From positions 1,427,745-1,491,744 of the forward strand of contig OY970285.1 in NCBI GenBank assembly GCA_963716005.1: 64,000 bases of DNA, in the 5' to 3' direction. Each line of letters begins with the position of its first letter. The stretch's first letter is position 1. A model generated the notes under the pieces. The model ran no database searches. It saw only the letters and a list, made by a program, of their open reading frames with translations, and was not told the DNA's origin. Positions 45,648 to 55,836 of the stretch are shown here, in pieces. Source of the DNA: an uncultured Thermoleophilia bacterium (GTDB lineage: Bacteria > Actinomycetota > Thermoleophilia > Gaiellales > Gaiellaceae). Position numbers and translations under genes: made by a program.

Positions 45648-46261
45648 CGCTGCGCTGCCTCGTAGCCGACGATCACCCCGGCGTCGTCGTCGCCGTCTCC
45701 GACCTGCTCGAATCCCACAAGGTGGAGGTGGTCGGCGTGGCTGCGGACGGCGAGGAGGCAGCCGCGCTCGCCGCCGAGACGAACCCCGACGTGGCGCTCG
45801 TCGACTTCCGCATGCCGAAGCTCTGCGGGACGGAGCTGGTCGAGCGCATCCGCGAGGTCTCGCCCACGACCGAGGTGGTCGTCTACACGGCCGAGGCCGG
45901 CGACCATCTCGCCGCGGACGTCATCCGCGCGGGCGGCGCCGGCGTCATCCTCAAGGAGGCGCCGCTCGACGACATCATCCGCGCCGTCGAGGCCGCGGCC
46001 GCCGGACGCAAGTACGTCGACGCGACCCTGGCCGCCAGGGCCCTCATGCAGCCGCGCCGCGCCAACTCGCCGCTCACCGGCCGCGAGCAGGACGTGCTGC
46101 GGCTCCTCGCCGAGGGGCTCGGAAACGACGAGATCGGCGGCAAGCTCGGGATCAGCGGCGAGACCGTCCGCACCCACGTGCAGAAGGCGTGCGAGCGGCT
46201 CGGCGCCTCGACGCGCACGCAGGCCGTGGCCACGGCCATCCGGGGAGGGATGATCCAGTGA
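45644..46261 (+). CDS. NarL/LuxR-family response regulator
   Basis: CLVADDHPGVVVAV, ALVDFRMPKLCG, ILKEAPL, TGREQDVLRLLAEGLGNDEIGGKLGISGETVRTHV. The ATG overlaps the upstream TGA (ATGA). Confidence 0.9.
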   Translation: MTLRCLVADDHPGVVVAVSDLLESHKVEVVGVAADGEEAAALAAETNPDVALVDFRMPKLCGTELVERIREVSPTTEVVVYTAEAGDHLAADVIRAGGAGVILKEAPLDDIIRAVEAAAAGRKYVDATLAARALMQPRRANSPLTGREQDVLRLLAEGLGNDEIGGKLGISGETVRTHVQKACERLGASTRTQAVATAIRGGMIQ

Positions 46262-48888
46262 CCGCGATCATCGACGAGCGCTTCCGCGAGAAGCCTTTCC
46301 CGCGCGCCCTCTTCGTCAGCGCATTCATCGTCGCCGCGCTCACCGCGGCCGCGCTGCACGCCCTCGCGCCGTTCGCCTCGGTCGACGTCGAGCCGCTGCT
46401 CGTCGGCAGTGCCTGGCTCATCGCGTCCGGCATCGCGCTCGCCACCGCCGTCGCCGTCGCGGTCTGGACGCACGACCGCAGCCTGCGCCGCGCCTGGCTC
46501 TTCTGGGCCCTCGCGTGCGCCGTGTGGTTCACGGGCGCGCTCGCGCGGCTCGTCTCGGTGACCGGCGACCTGCCGAACCTCGAGGGAGTCGGCGACATCG
46601 CCTGGTTCCTCGTCCCGGTGATCGCGATCGCGTCGATCGCCTACGACGCGCCGAAGGGGCTCTCGTTCGGGCTCTTCCTGCTGGATGCGATCCCGGTCGT
46701 CCTGCTCGTCGCGATCGTCGCGCGCTTCCTCAGCCCGCACGAGCTGAACGAGCTCGACCACCACGAAGTGCTGATGCTCGGCTACCCGGTGCTCTACCTC
46801 CTGCTCGCGCTGGTCGGGCTCCAGATGCTCGACCTGGAGCGGCCGCGCCTGCCCTCTCCGAACATGTGGGGCTTCGGCGTCGCGCAGCCGTACCTCGCGC
46901 TCGCGGCCGCGACCTATCCGGCGTACACGGCACAGTCGCTCGTCGTCGCCGCCCCGCCGTGGGACGCCTTCTGGACGGTCGGCTTCATCGCCGCCGCCTG
47001 GGCCGCGCTCTGCCGCGCCCGCGCGATCAACGCGACCCCGCGCCTCGTGCGCTTCGACGACAGCGGCCCGCGCGTCCTCGCCCCGGCGATCGGCACGCTC
47101 GGCCTCGTCATCGTGAGTCTCGCCGCGCCGGACGAGTACAACCACATCCCCGCCGCGCTCGCCGTCGTCGCCGTGGTCTGCTTCATCCTCCGCGCGCAGG
47201 TCGTGCGCCGCGAGAGCATCAGCGCCCAGAAGGGCCTCGTCGAGAGCGAGCGCAAGCTTCGCACGCTCGTCTCGAACGTCCCCGGCGCCGTGTACCGCTG
47301 CGAGTACGGGAGCGGCTGGATGATCGACTTCGTGAGCGAGGAGATCGAGGCGATCACCGGCTACCCGGTCTCCGACTTCACCCGGACCCGCCGCCAGAGC
47401 TTCGACACGATCGAGCATCCCGACGACGAGGCCAACTTCAACGCGCACATCACGCGGAAGATCGAGGCGCGCGAGCCGTTCGAGTACGAGTACCGGATCA
47501 TCCATGCCGACGGCGGCGTGCGCTGGGTGCTCGACAAGGGCCAGGCCGCGTACGGCCGGCGCGGCGAGGTGCTCTGGATCGACGGCGTCCTCGTCGACAT
47601 CACCGAGCGCAAGCGCGCCGAAGCCGAGGTCGAGGCCCAGACCGGACTCCTGAGGATCCTCCAGAGCGTCGCGGTCGCCGCGAACGAGGCGAACGAGCTC
47701 GAGGACGCGCTGCGCGCCTGCGTCGACGAGGTGTGCGCGCAGTCGGACTTCACGATCGGACACGCGCTCGTGCGGCGCGGCGACGGGCTCGTCTCGACCG
47801 GCATCTGGCACGCGGACGACCCCAAGGTCGGCGCGGCGTACCGTGCAGCGACGGGTGACCACGTGTTCCGCGGCGAGACGGGCTATCTCGGACGCGTCCT
47901 CAAGACCAAGCAGGCCATTTGGCTCGTCGACCCGGTCGCCGACGACCTGCCGATCCGCTGGCAGGAAGCGGCCGAGTTCGGGCTGCGCAGCGCGCTCGCA
48001 TTCCCGGTGGTCGTCGGCGGCGAGGTCGTCGCGGCGGTCGAGTTCTACTCCCCGCATCCCACTCCCCCGGACAGTCGCGTGCTCGGCGCCGTGACGAACG
48101 TCGGCGCCGTCCTCGGTCGCGTGGTCGAGCGCCGCCGCGCCGAGGAGGTGCTGGAGCAGCAGAACGAGCACCTGCGCCAGCTCGACTCCCTGAAGGACGA
48201 GTTCGTCGGGCTCGTCTCGCACGAGCTGCGCACCCCGCTGACCTCGATCCGTGGCTACCTCGATCTCGTGCTCGACGACCGCGAGGAGCTCAGCGAGAAC
48301 CACCAGAAGTACCTCGAGGTCGTGCAGCGCAACTCGCAGCGGCTGCTCCAGCTCGTCAGCGACCTGCTCTTCGTCGCGCAGGTGGACGCCGGCCGCCTCT
48401 CGGTGGACCGCGAGAACGTCGACCTCGCCGCGATTGCCGCCGAGGCCGTTCAGGGCGCGCAGCCGCACGCGGACGAGCAGGGCGTGCGGCTCGAGCTCCA
48501 CGCGGAGCCGACGCTCCTGTCAGGCGATCCCGCGCGGCTGTCGCAGCTCGTCGACAACCTCGTCTCGAACGCGATCAAGTTCACGACCTCCGGCGGCTCG
48601 GTCGTCGTGCGCACCCGGACGACGCAGCGTGGCGTGCTCCTCGAGGTCGCCGACTCGGGCATCGGGATCCCTGCGGACGAGCAGGAGCATCTCTTCGAGC
48701 GCTTCTTCCGCACGTCGAACGCACGGCGCGCCGCGATTCAGGGCACGGGGCTCGGCCTCGTGATCGTCCAGGCGATCTCGGAGGCGCACGGCGGCCGCGT
48801 CTCGGTCGAGAGCGAAGAGGGCGTCGGCACGACGATCACCGTCGAGATGCCCGCCTCCGGCGCGGTCGAGCTGCGCGAAGTCGCGTAG
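46258..48888 (+). CDS. membrane sensor histidine kinase (multi-TM, PAS, GAF, HisKA, HATPase_c)
   Basis: GTG 46258 overlaps the upstream TGA. About 8 TM segments. PAS (RWVLDKGQAAYGRRGEVLWIDGVLVDITERK). H-box LVSHELRTPLTSIRGY. DSGIGIP, GTGLGLVIV. Confidence 0.9.
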   Translation: MTAIIDERFREKPFPRALFVSAFIVAALTAAALHALAPFASVDVEPLLVGSAWLIASGIALATAVAVAVWTHDRSLRRAWLFWALACAVWFTGALARLVSVTGDLPNLEGVGDIAWFLVPVIAIASIAYDAPKGLSFGLFLLDAIPVVLLVAIVARFLSPHELNELDHHEVLMLGYPVLYLLLALVGLQMLDLERPRLPSPNMWGFGVAQPYLALAAATYPAYTAQSLVVAAPPWDAFWTVGFIAAAWAALCRARAINATPRLVRFDDSGPRVLAPAIGTLGLVIVSLAAPDEYNHIPAALAVVAVVCFILRAQVVRRESISAQKGLVESERKLRTLVSNVPGAVYRCEYGSGWMIDFVSEEIEAITGYPVSDFTRTRRQSFDTIEHPDDEANFNAHITRKIEAREPFEYEYRIIHADGGVRWVLDKGQAAYGRRGEVLWIDGVLVDITERKRAEAEVEAQTGLLRILQSVAVAANEANELEDALRACVDEVCAQSDFTIGHALVRRGDGLVSTGIWHADDPKVGAAYRAATGDHVFRGETGYLGRVLKTKQAIWLVDPVADDLPIRWQEAAEFGLRSALAFPVVVGGEVVAAVEFYSPHPTPPDSRVLGAVTNVGAVLGRVVERRRAEEVLEQQNEHLRQLDSLKDEFVGLVSHELRTPLTSIRGYLDLVLDDREELSENHQKYLEVVQRNSQRLLQLVSDLLFVAQVDAGRLSVDRENVDLAAIAAEAVQGAQPHADEQGVRLELHAEPTLLSGDPARLSQLVDNLVSNAIKFTTSGGSVVVRTRTTQRGVLLEVADSGIGIPADEQEHLFERFFRTSNARRAAIQGTGLGLVIVQAISEAHGGRVSVESEEGVGTTITVEMPASGAVELREVA

Positions 48889-50067
48889 CTACTTCTTGAC
48901 GGTCCAGCGCCAGGTCGCCGGCGTCTTGTCCCAGCCGCCGATGCTTCCTGCGCGAACCCGGAAGGTGTGCCTGCCCGGCTTGATCCGCTTGTACGTCTTG
49001 CCGGGGGAGCACTTCTTCCACCGCTGCTGCTTGTCGAACTTGCACTGGTAGCTGACCTTGCCCCTCTGCTGGCCGGCCTTCCAGGTCGCGCCCCAGTGGA
49101 AGAACGCGGTCTTCTGGCGCGTGACCTTCGGCGGCCAGATGTGGAGCTGCGTGCCGGGCGGCGGCGGCTTCGGACACTGCGTCCCCATGTCGATCTGGAC
49201 GGGATCGCTCGCCGTCTCGTTCGTCCCGTCGTACGCGCGGATCTCCCACGTGTAGATCGTCTTGCAGAGCTGGTTGCCGAGCGTCACCGACGTGTGCCGT
49301 ACCGGCCGCGCGCGGATGCGGCGCGTACAGCGTGCCGTTGCGGTAGATCTCGTATCCGGCCAGCCACGTCTCGTCGGCTAGCGCCGCTCCACGAGAGCTT
49401 GACCGTGCCGATCGCGAGCTTCTGGACGGTCAGCGACAGGTTGCAACGGAGCGGTGCTGTCCGCGGTGTCCGAGAACGTCGCCGTCGCCGTCTTCGGCGC
49501 GTCCATGAGGATCGAGCACGCGGTTCGCGAGTCCGCAACCTTCTGCGACGGCGCGCAGTTCGACGACCAGCCGGCATGGTGGAGAGCCCGAGTCCGGCGT
49601 GACCGTGAGGAGCGCCGTGGCCGGGATGGGCACGCCTTGCGGCGCGCCGAGATACGTGTGCCAGTGGATGCAGTGCAGCGCCGACGTCTGCGCGCAGAGC
49701 ATCTTCACGTTCCAGTTGTGTCGCGTCCACGGGGACGGCGCACTCGGGGTCGCCCTTGAAGTCGTAGGGCGCGGTCTCGTACGGGTTCTTGGCGGTCGCG
49801 CTGAACGTCCCGGCTCCGGGACCCGCAATCGCGGCGGTGAGCACCTTGAGCGGTTGAGCAGGGTTGAGCGTGTCGGGCGATACGCAGACCGGCCGGCACT
49901 GATCCTTGCCGGGCGGGAGCAGATACTGCGCTGTTGTTCGGGCACACGATCGCGGCCTTCGCCTGCGTCGGCTGCGCCAGCATGAGGAATGCGAAGAAAG
50001 ACATCGCCAGGAGGATCCAGGCGAGCCGCTTCAGACCACCTTCTCGTACCTCTGCGTGATTGCGCAT
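48889..50067 (-). pseudogene. secreted protein with FN3-like domain and C-terminal Lys-rich Ig-like module; at least 5 frame breaks
   Basis: Signal peptide MRNHAEVREGGLKRLAWILLAMSFFAFLMLAQPTQA. FN3-like LTVQKLAIGTVKLSWSGA / WLAGYEIYRNGTLY / TIYTWEIRAYDGTNETASDP in different frames. Intact tail YQCKFDKQQRWKKCSPGKTYKRIKPGRHTFRVRAGSIGGWDKTPATWRWTVKK. Confidence 0.55.
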
Positions 50068-50191
50068 ACGCCTCTCTAACCGCGTCGTAGCACAGGTTCT
50101 GACCAAATGTACCACCCGGTTTGAGCCGGAAGATCGGCCTTGCGAATTCATTACCGGCCGCTTACTCGGGCAGTAGTCTGCGCGGTCGCCC

Positions 50192-51157
50192 GTGGATGCC
50201 CCCTACCAGCCGATCCCGCCCGAGCCTGCCCGCGAAATGCGGCCGCTGCTCGGATTCACGCTGGTCACGTCGGCGATTCTGCTCTGGTCGCTGAACGCCC
50301 CCGTGTCCAAGGTCATCCTCCAGTCGGCCGACATTTCGGCGTACCGGCTCGCGGAGGTCAGGGCGACCGGCTCGGCGCTCCTCCTCATGGGCGCTGTGCT
50401 CATCTTCGCGCCGCGGTCGCTCAAGGTCGACCGCCGCGAGCTTGCGTTCCTCGTCTGCTTCGGCGCCAGCCTCGCGCTCGTCCAGTTCTTCTACTTCGTC
50501 GCGATCGAGCGGCTCGCGATCGGCATCGCGCTCGTCATCAACGCGCTCACGCCGGTGCTCGTCGCGCTCTGGGCGCGGTATGCGGGTCACGAGGACGTGC
50601 GCCGGCGGATCTGGGTCGCGATCGGCCTCTGCCTCGTCGGCGTCATGCTCGTCGCGGGCGTCTGGAGCGGGCTGACGCTCGACGGCATCGGGCTCCTCGC
50701 GGGACTCGCGAGCGCCACGACCTACGCGGCCTACGTCCTCATGGCCGAGCACGGCCTGAACCAGGGGCGCGACGCGTTCTCGCTCCTTGCCTGGGGATTC
50801 GCCTTCGCGGCGGTCTTCTGGGGGATCTTCCAGCCGTGGTGGACGTTCCCGTGGGACAAGGTGGACGGCGCGTCGTCGCTCCTCGGGCGGCTCGCCGAGT
50901 ACGAGGTGCCCGTCGGCGGGCTCATCGGGTACGTGATCGTCTTCGGAACGGTCGTTCCGTTCTGCCTGCTCGTCACGGCGCTCCACTACGTGCCGGCGAC
51001 GCGCGTGACGATCTTCGGGATGCTCGAGCCGGTCGTGGCCGCTGTCGTCGCGTACGCGTGGCTCGGCGAGGAGCTCACGGCGGTGCAGATCGTCGGCGCG
51101 CTGCTCGTCCTCGGCGGGGTCGGGATCGCGCAGACCGCGCGGACGAGCTCGGCCTAG
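50192..51157 (+). CDS. EamA/DMT-family transporter
   Basis: Ten-TM pattern in two EamA halves (LLWSLNAPVSKVIL...; FGMLEPVVAAVVAYAWLGE). The start may be the internal MRPLLGF. Confidence 0.82.
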   Translation: MDAPYQPIPPEPAREMRPLLGFTLVTSAILLWSLNAPVSKVILQSADISAYRLAEVRATGSALLLMGAVLIFAPRSLKVDRRELAFLVCFGASLALVQFFYFVAIERLAIGIALVINALTPVLVALWARYAGHEDVRRRIWVAIGLCLVGVMLVAGVWSGLTLDGIGLLAGLASATTYAAYVLMAEHGLNQGRDAFSLLAWGFAFAAVFWGIFQPWWTFPWDKVDGASSLLGRLAEYEVPVGGLIGYVIVFGTVVPFCLLVTALHYVPATRVTIFGMLEPVVAAVVAYAWLGEELTAVQIVGALLVLGGVGIAQTARTSSA

Positions 51158-51595
51158 CGGACTTCGAAGAGCTCGCGCAGCTCGGCGACGCGGTCGGCCC
51201 GCAGCTGCTCGCGCTCGCCGCGCGCAACCGCGTCCACGACGTTCTCGACGACGGTCGCGAGCTCGAGCGGATTGAACGGCTTGGTCACGTAGTCGACGCC
51301 GCCGAGGTCGATCCCCCGCGCCTGGTCGCGCACGTCCGCGCGGGCGGTGAGGAAGACGATCGGTATCGCCTCGGTCGCCTCGTCGGCGAGGAGCTCCTCG
51401 GCGACCGTCCAGCCGTCGACGCCGGGCATCATCACGTCGAGGAGGATGAGGTCGGGACGCTCGAGCGCGCGCGGCCGCGAGTCCGGCTCTCCCGTCGGCG
51501 GCCTCGACGACCTCGAAGCCCTCCGCCTCGAGGTTCGCGCGGCAGAGGAGCCGCAGGGGCGCCTCGTCGTCGACAACCAGGACCTTCGTCGCCAT
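51154..51595 (-). CDS. stand-alone receiver (CheY-like) response regulator; one frame break near 51470
   Basis: MATKVLVVDDEAPLRLLCRANLEAEGFEVVEAADG is in one frame. LERPDLILLDVMMPGVDGW..IPIVFLTA..VDYVTKPFNP is in the next. The junction lies in a gcgcgcgc run. Its ATG overlaps the kinase stop (TAATG). Confidence 0.8.
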
Positions 51596-54500
51596 TAGCT
51601 CCGCCTACCCGGCCCGCCGTCGTTCGATGCGGGCAGCTCGAACACGAAGCTCGAGCCCTTCTCCTCCGACTCGACCCACAGGCGGCCGCGCATGGCGGCC
51701 ACGAGTCCGCGGGCGAGGAAGAGGCCGACGCCCGTGCCGCTCTCCGGGTCGGGCCCGCCCTCCGTGCCGTGGAAGAGCTTGGTGAAGAGCCGCTTGCGGT
51801 CGGCGAGCGCGATGCCCGCCCCCTCGTCGACGACCCGCAGCTCGACCGTGTCGGAGCGCGCGCGGCCCACGATCGTGATCGTCCCGCCCGGCGGCGAGAG
51901 CTTGACGGCGTTCGCGACGAGGTGGTGGACGACCTCGCCGAGCCGTCCTCGATCGGCCTGCGCTATGAGCCCGGCAGGAACGTCGACGTCGAACCGGTGC
52001 CCTGTCCTCGGCTCGCTCTTCACGACGCCCGCGACGAGCTCGCTCAGGTCAACCGGGCCGAGGTCGAGCCCGAGCGTCCCCGCTTCGAGCCGCGCGACGT
52101 TCAGAAGGTCGTCGACAATGCGGATGAGCCGCTCCGACTCGGAGGCGATGTACCCGAGGAACGTGGCCCGGTCGGTCTCCTCGAACTGGACGTCCTGGCG
52201 CATGAGCGTCTCCGCGAAGCCGTAGATCGAGGTGAGCGGCGTGCGCAACTCGTGCGAGACGGCCGCGACGAACTCGGACTTCATCGTCTCGACCGCGCGC
52301 TCGGCCGACACGTCGCGAAAGGCGAAGACCCGGCCCGCGACCGCTCCGGAGTCGTCGTGCATGACCGCTTCGGTCAGCGAGAGCCAGACCTCGTCGCCGC
52401 CGCGCAGGATCGCGACCTCGCGCTCGCCGGCGGGGCGCTCGTCGCCGCTTTCGAGCTCGCGCTGGAGCGTCTCGGCGACGCGCCGGCCGACCGCCTCGCT
52501 CGCCGGGACCCCGGTGATCTGCGCCGCGGTCGCGTTCCAGAGCACGATCGTCCCGTCGCGATCGACGGCGACGATGCCGTCGGCGATGTTCCCGAGAATC
52601 GCTTCGCTGCGCTCCTTCTCCTCGGCCACGCTGCGGTAGAGCTCCGCATTCGCGAGAGCGGCCGAGGCCATCGCGGCGAGCGCGGTGAGCGCCTGCGTCT
52701 CGTCCGTGCGCCAGGCACGCGGGGTCGCCGAGTAGACACTCAGCATTCCTCCGAGGCCACCGCCCGGCCCGGACATCGGCACGACCGAGGAGGAAACCAG
52801 GCCGTGCGTGAGCAGCGTGTCCTCGGAGGCGAGCCTCGGCGCCGCCAGAATGTCTTCGACCTGGCCGGGGCTGCGCGACTGCGCCACGTCGCCGAGGAGC
52901 CCCGCGCCCGAGCTCGACCGCGTCCCGACCGTTTCTGCGGCGTGCTCGCCGGATCCCGCGGCCACGACCAGCTCGTCGCCCACGAGCGTTCGAACGACGG
53001 CGGCGTCGGCCGCGAGCAGCTCACGGGCCGCGATCGCGATCTCCTCGGTGACGCGCTCGGCGGAGAGCCCGGTGACGAGCCGCGCGCCGACGGTCGCGAG
53101 GTACTCCGACAGCATGCGACCGCGCCGCTCGGACTCGTACAGCTCGCTGCGCTCGAGCGCGCCGCGCGCCGCGTCGCTCAGATGGCCGGCGACGGTGAGA
53201 TCGTCGTCGGTGAACTCGTGATCGGCCTTGAAGACCACGACCACCGAGGCAAAGTCGTTCTCCCCGCGAGCCACCGGCGCGGCGCACAAGGATGCGTAGC
53301 CGCTCTTCGTGAGGAGCTCCCGCGCAGCCTGATCGAACCGGTCGTCGTCGGCGAGCGAGCTGACGACCATCCGCCCCTTACGGCCCGCGTCGGCGAGCGG
53401 CGTCTGGGCCGCCGGGATCCCCTCGGCCAGCGCTGCGGCCAGCTTGGGCGGCAGCTCGTAGGACCCGGCGAGCCGGAGCAGCGAGCCGGCGGGCTCGAGC
53501 ACGAACGCCGCGTCGCCGCCGAGCGCCTCCGCGGCCGCGCGCGCGAGCGCGTCGAGCGTCTGGCCGAGCGTGAGCGGCGAGCCGAGCACCTCGGCGATCC
53601 GGAAGAACCCGAGCTGGATGCGCGCCTGGCGCTCGTCGTCGTTGAGTAGCCGGGCGACGTGGATCGCGACGCCGACCTCGCCCGCGACCGCCTCCGCGAT
53701 CGCGATGTCGTTCGCCGGCCAGGCGCCCGTTTGTCCTCGGTGGAGCGCGAAGACCCCGACGAGCTCGTCGAAGACCACGATCGGCGTCGCCAGCGCGGCC
53801 CTCACCCCGAGCGCGACGAGCTGTTCACGCCCGCCTAGGGTGGTGTCGTCGAGCTCGGGCGCGTCCTCGATGTCGCCGATGGCGACCGTGCGGCCCTCGC
53901 GGAGCGCGAGATTCGAGACCGGCAGGCGATCCCTCTCCAGCCCGATCGGCGCGACGTCGGGCGCCGTCCATTCCGCCCGCACGGGAATCGCCTCTCCCTG
54001 TCCGAGCCGGATGAAGCAGCGCGAGACGCCGAGCGCGAGCCCGGTCTCCGTGACGGCCACGTCGAGGACGTCGTCGAGGTCGAGCTCCGATCGGACCCTG
54101 CGCGCGATCTCGCTGACCAGCCGCTCGCGCTCGAGCGCCCGTCGCAGCGCGTCGGCGGATCGCATGCGGCGCAGGACCGGCGCGACCTCGTCGGCGAGCG
54201 CCTGTACGGCGTCCACGACCGCCGGCGAGAAATGGCGCCGCTCGGCGCAGGCCGCGAGAACGACGACACCGACGAGCCGCTCGTCGGCCGCAAGCGGCAC
54301 GAACGCGGCGCTCTTGGCGCCGATCGTGTCCGCGAGCCGGCGGTTCACGTGCGCCGCGGTGGCCGTGTCGTAGACGGTGAACGCGGCGCGCTCGCGGGCT
54401 GCCGTGGCGATGCCGCCCACATCGTGGGCGAGGTCGATCGAGACGCTGCGCCACCAGACCTCGTCGCCGCCGCGGATCGCGAACCCGGAGGCGCGCTCGG

Positions 54501-54663
54501 CCTCCTCGTCGGCGAGCGCGAGGGCGAGCACGTCGGTCTGGGCGATCTCGCCGACCGCGTCGAGGAAGATGTCGACCGCCTCCCGGGGGTCTTCGGCACG
54601 GGAGAGCGCGCGGGCGATCGTGGGCTGGTCGACGCCGTGGTGCGCGAACCGGAGATCGGTCAT
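51595..54663 (-). CDS. multi-GAF, PAS sensor histidine kinase (cytoplasmic, 1022 aa)
   Basis: Several GAF-like blocks, a PAS segment (IADGIVAVDRDGTIVLWNATAAQITG), H-box AVSHELRTPLTSIYGF, then DEGAGI, GTGVGLFLA. Intact. Confidence 0.9.
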   Translation of the reverse strand: MTDLRFAHHGVDQPTIARALSRAEDPREAVDIFLDAVGEIAQTDVLALALADEEAERASGFAIRGGDEVWWRSVSIDLAHDVGGIATAARERAAFTVYDTATAAHVNRRLADTIGAKSAAFVPLAADERLVGVVVLAACAERRHFSPAVVDAVQALADEVAPVLRRMRSADALRRALERERLVSEIARRVRSELDLDDVLDVAVTETGLALGVSRCFIRLGQGEAIPVRAEWTAPDVAPIGLERDRLPVSNLALREGRTVAIGDIEDAPELDDTTLGGREQLVALGVRAALATPIVVFDELVGVFALHRGQTGAWPANDIAIAEAVAGEVGVAIHVARLLNDDERQARIQLGFFRIAEVLGSPLTLGQTLDALARAAAEALGGDAAFVLEPAGSLLRLAGSYELPPKLAAALAEGIPAAQTPLADAGRKGRMVVSSLADDDRFDQAARELLTKSGYASLCAAPVARGENDFASVVVVFKADHEFTDDDLTVAGHLSDAARGALERSELYESERRGRMLSEYLATVGARLVTGLSAERVTEEIAIAARELLAADAAVVRTLVGDELVVAAGSGEHAAETVGTRSSSGAGLLGDVAQSRSPGQVEDILAAPRLASEDTLLTHGLVSSSVVPMSGPGGGLGGMLSVYSATPRAWRTDETQALTALAAMASAALANAELYRSVAEEKERSEAILGNIADGIVAVDRDGTIVLWNATAAQITGVPASEAVGRRVAETLQRELESGDERPAGEREVAILRGGDEVWLSLTEAVMHDDSGAVAGRVFAFRDVSAERAVETMKSEFVAAVSHELRTPLTSIYGFAETLMRQDVQFEETDRATFLGYIASESERLIRIVDDLLNVARLEAGTLGLDLGPVDLSELVAGVVKSEPRTGHRFDVDVPAGLIAQADRGRLGEVVHHLVANAVKLSPPGGTITIVGRARSDTVELRVVDEGAGIALADRKRLFTKLFHGTEGGPDPESGTGVGLFLARGLVAAMRGRLWVESEEKGSSFVFELPASNDGGPGRRS

Positions 54664-54879
54664 CTCCTCCGATGATAGAGCGGCGCAGAAGATAGGCCGT
54701 TCGGCCTATTGGCACGGCCTGGCACGCGGGATAGCGTTCGGCCACTGGACGATGCGAGCCGCGGCCGGTTGTCCTGGCCGAGTAACGCCGCGGTGAGCGA
54801 TGCGGAGGGCCCGCTGCTACACCCCCCCAGCGGCGGGCCTTCCGCTCAGTTCATCGGGCTGCGGAACCACGTGGATACC

Positions 54880-55836
54880 ATGAGATCCATGGTGAAGCGG
54901 ATCCTCCTCGCATCGCCGCGCGGCTACTGCGCGGGCGTCGAGCGCGCCGTCGACACGGTCGAGCGTGCGCTCGACATGTGGGGCGCGCCCGTCTACGTGC
55001 GGAAGCAGATCGTCCACAACCTCCACGTCGTCCGCGATCTCGAGGAGCGCGGCGCGATCTTCGTCGAGAGCGAGACGGATGTGCCCGAGGGCGCGACGGT
55101 CGTCTTCTCCGCGCACGGCGTGGCGCCGTCGGTCCACAAGAACTCCGAGACGCTCAACCTGAAGACGATCGACGCGACGTGCCCGCTCGTGACGAAGGTC
55201 CACGCGGAGGCGCGGCATTACGCGAAGCGCGGCTACACGGTCGTCCTCATCGGGCATGAGGGTCACGAGGAGGTCGAGGGCACGATGGGCGAGGCGCCCG
55301 AGGCGATCGTCCTCGTCGAGTCGCCCGAGGACGCGGAGACCGTCGATCTCGCGCACGCGGAGAAGCTCTCGTACATCACGCAGACGACCCTCTCCGTGGA
55401 CGAGACGAACGAGGTCATCGAAGTGCTGCGCCGACGTTTCCCCTGGATCGAGGCGCCGAAGAAGGAGGACATCTGTTACGCGACCACGAACCGGCAGCGC
55501 GCCGTGAAGGCGATGCTGAAGGAGATCCAGCTCCTCCTGGTGATCGGCTCGCGGAACAGCTCGAACTCGAACCGGCTGGTCGAGGTGGCGCGGGCGGCCG
55601 GTGTGGCGTCCCATCTGATCGATGACGAGACCGAGATCGACGAGGCGTGGCTCGAAGGCGTCGAGACGCTCGGCGTGACGTCGGGCGCGTCGGCTCCGGA
55701 GCGGCTCGTCGACCGCGTGATCGGCTGGTTCCGCGAGCGCGGCGTCACCGACGTGGAGCCGTTCACGGACGAGACCGAGGACGTCACCTTCAAGCTCCCG
55801 GTCGAGATCCGGCGTTCGGCCGCGGCTGCTTCGTAG
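54880..55836 (+). CDS. ispH: 4-hydroxy-3-methylbut-2-enyl diphosphate reductase
   Basis: LASPRGYCAGVERAV, VFSAHGV, IDATCPLVTKVH, GHEGHEEVEGT, ICYATTNRQ, IGSRNSSNSNRL, VTSGASAPE. Confidence 0.92.
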   Translation: MRSMVKRILLASPRGYCAGVERAVDTVERALDMWGAPVYVRKQIVHNLHVVRDLEERGAIFVESETDVPEGATVVFSAHGVAPSVHKNSETLNLKTIDATCPLVTKVHAEARHYAKRGYTVVLIGHEGHEEVEGTMGEAPEAIVLVESPEDAETVDLAHAEKLSYITQTTLSVDETNEVIEVLRRRFPWIEAPKKEDICYATTNRQRAVKAMLKEIQLLLVIGSRNSSNSNRLVEVARAAGVASHLIDDETEIDEAWLEGVETLGVTSGASAPERLVDRVIGWFRERGVTDVEPFTDETEDVTFKLPVEIRRSAAAAS

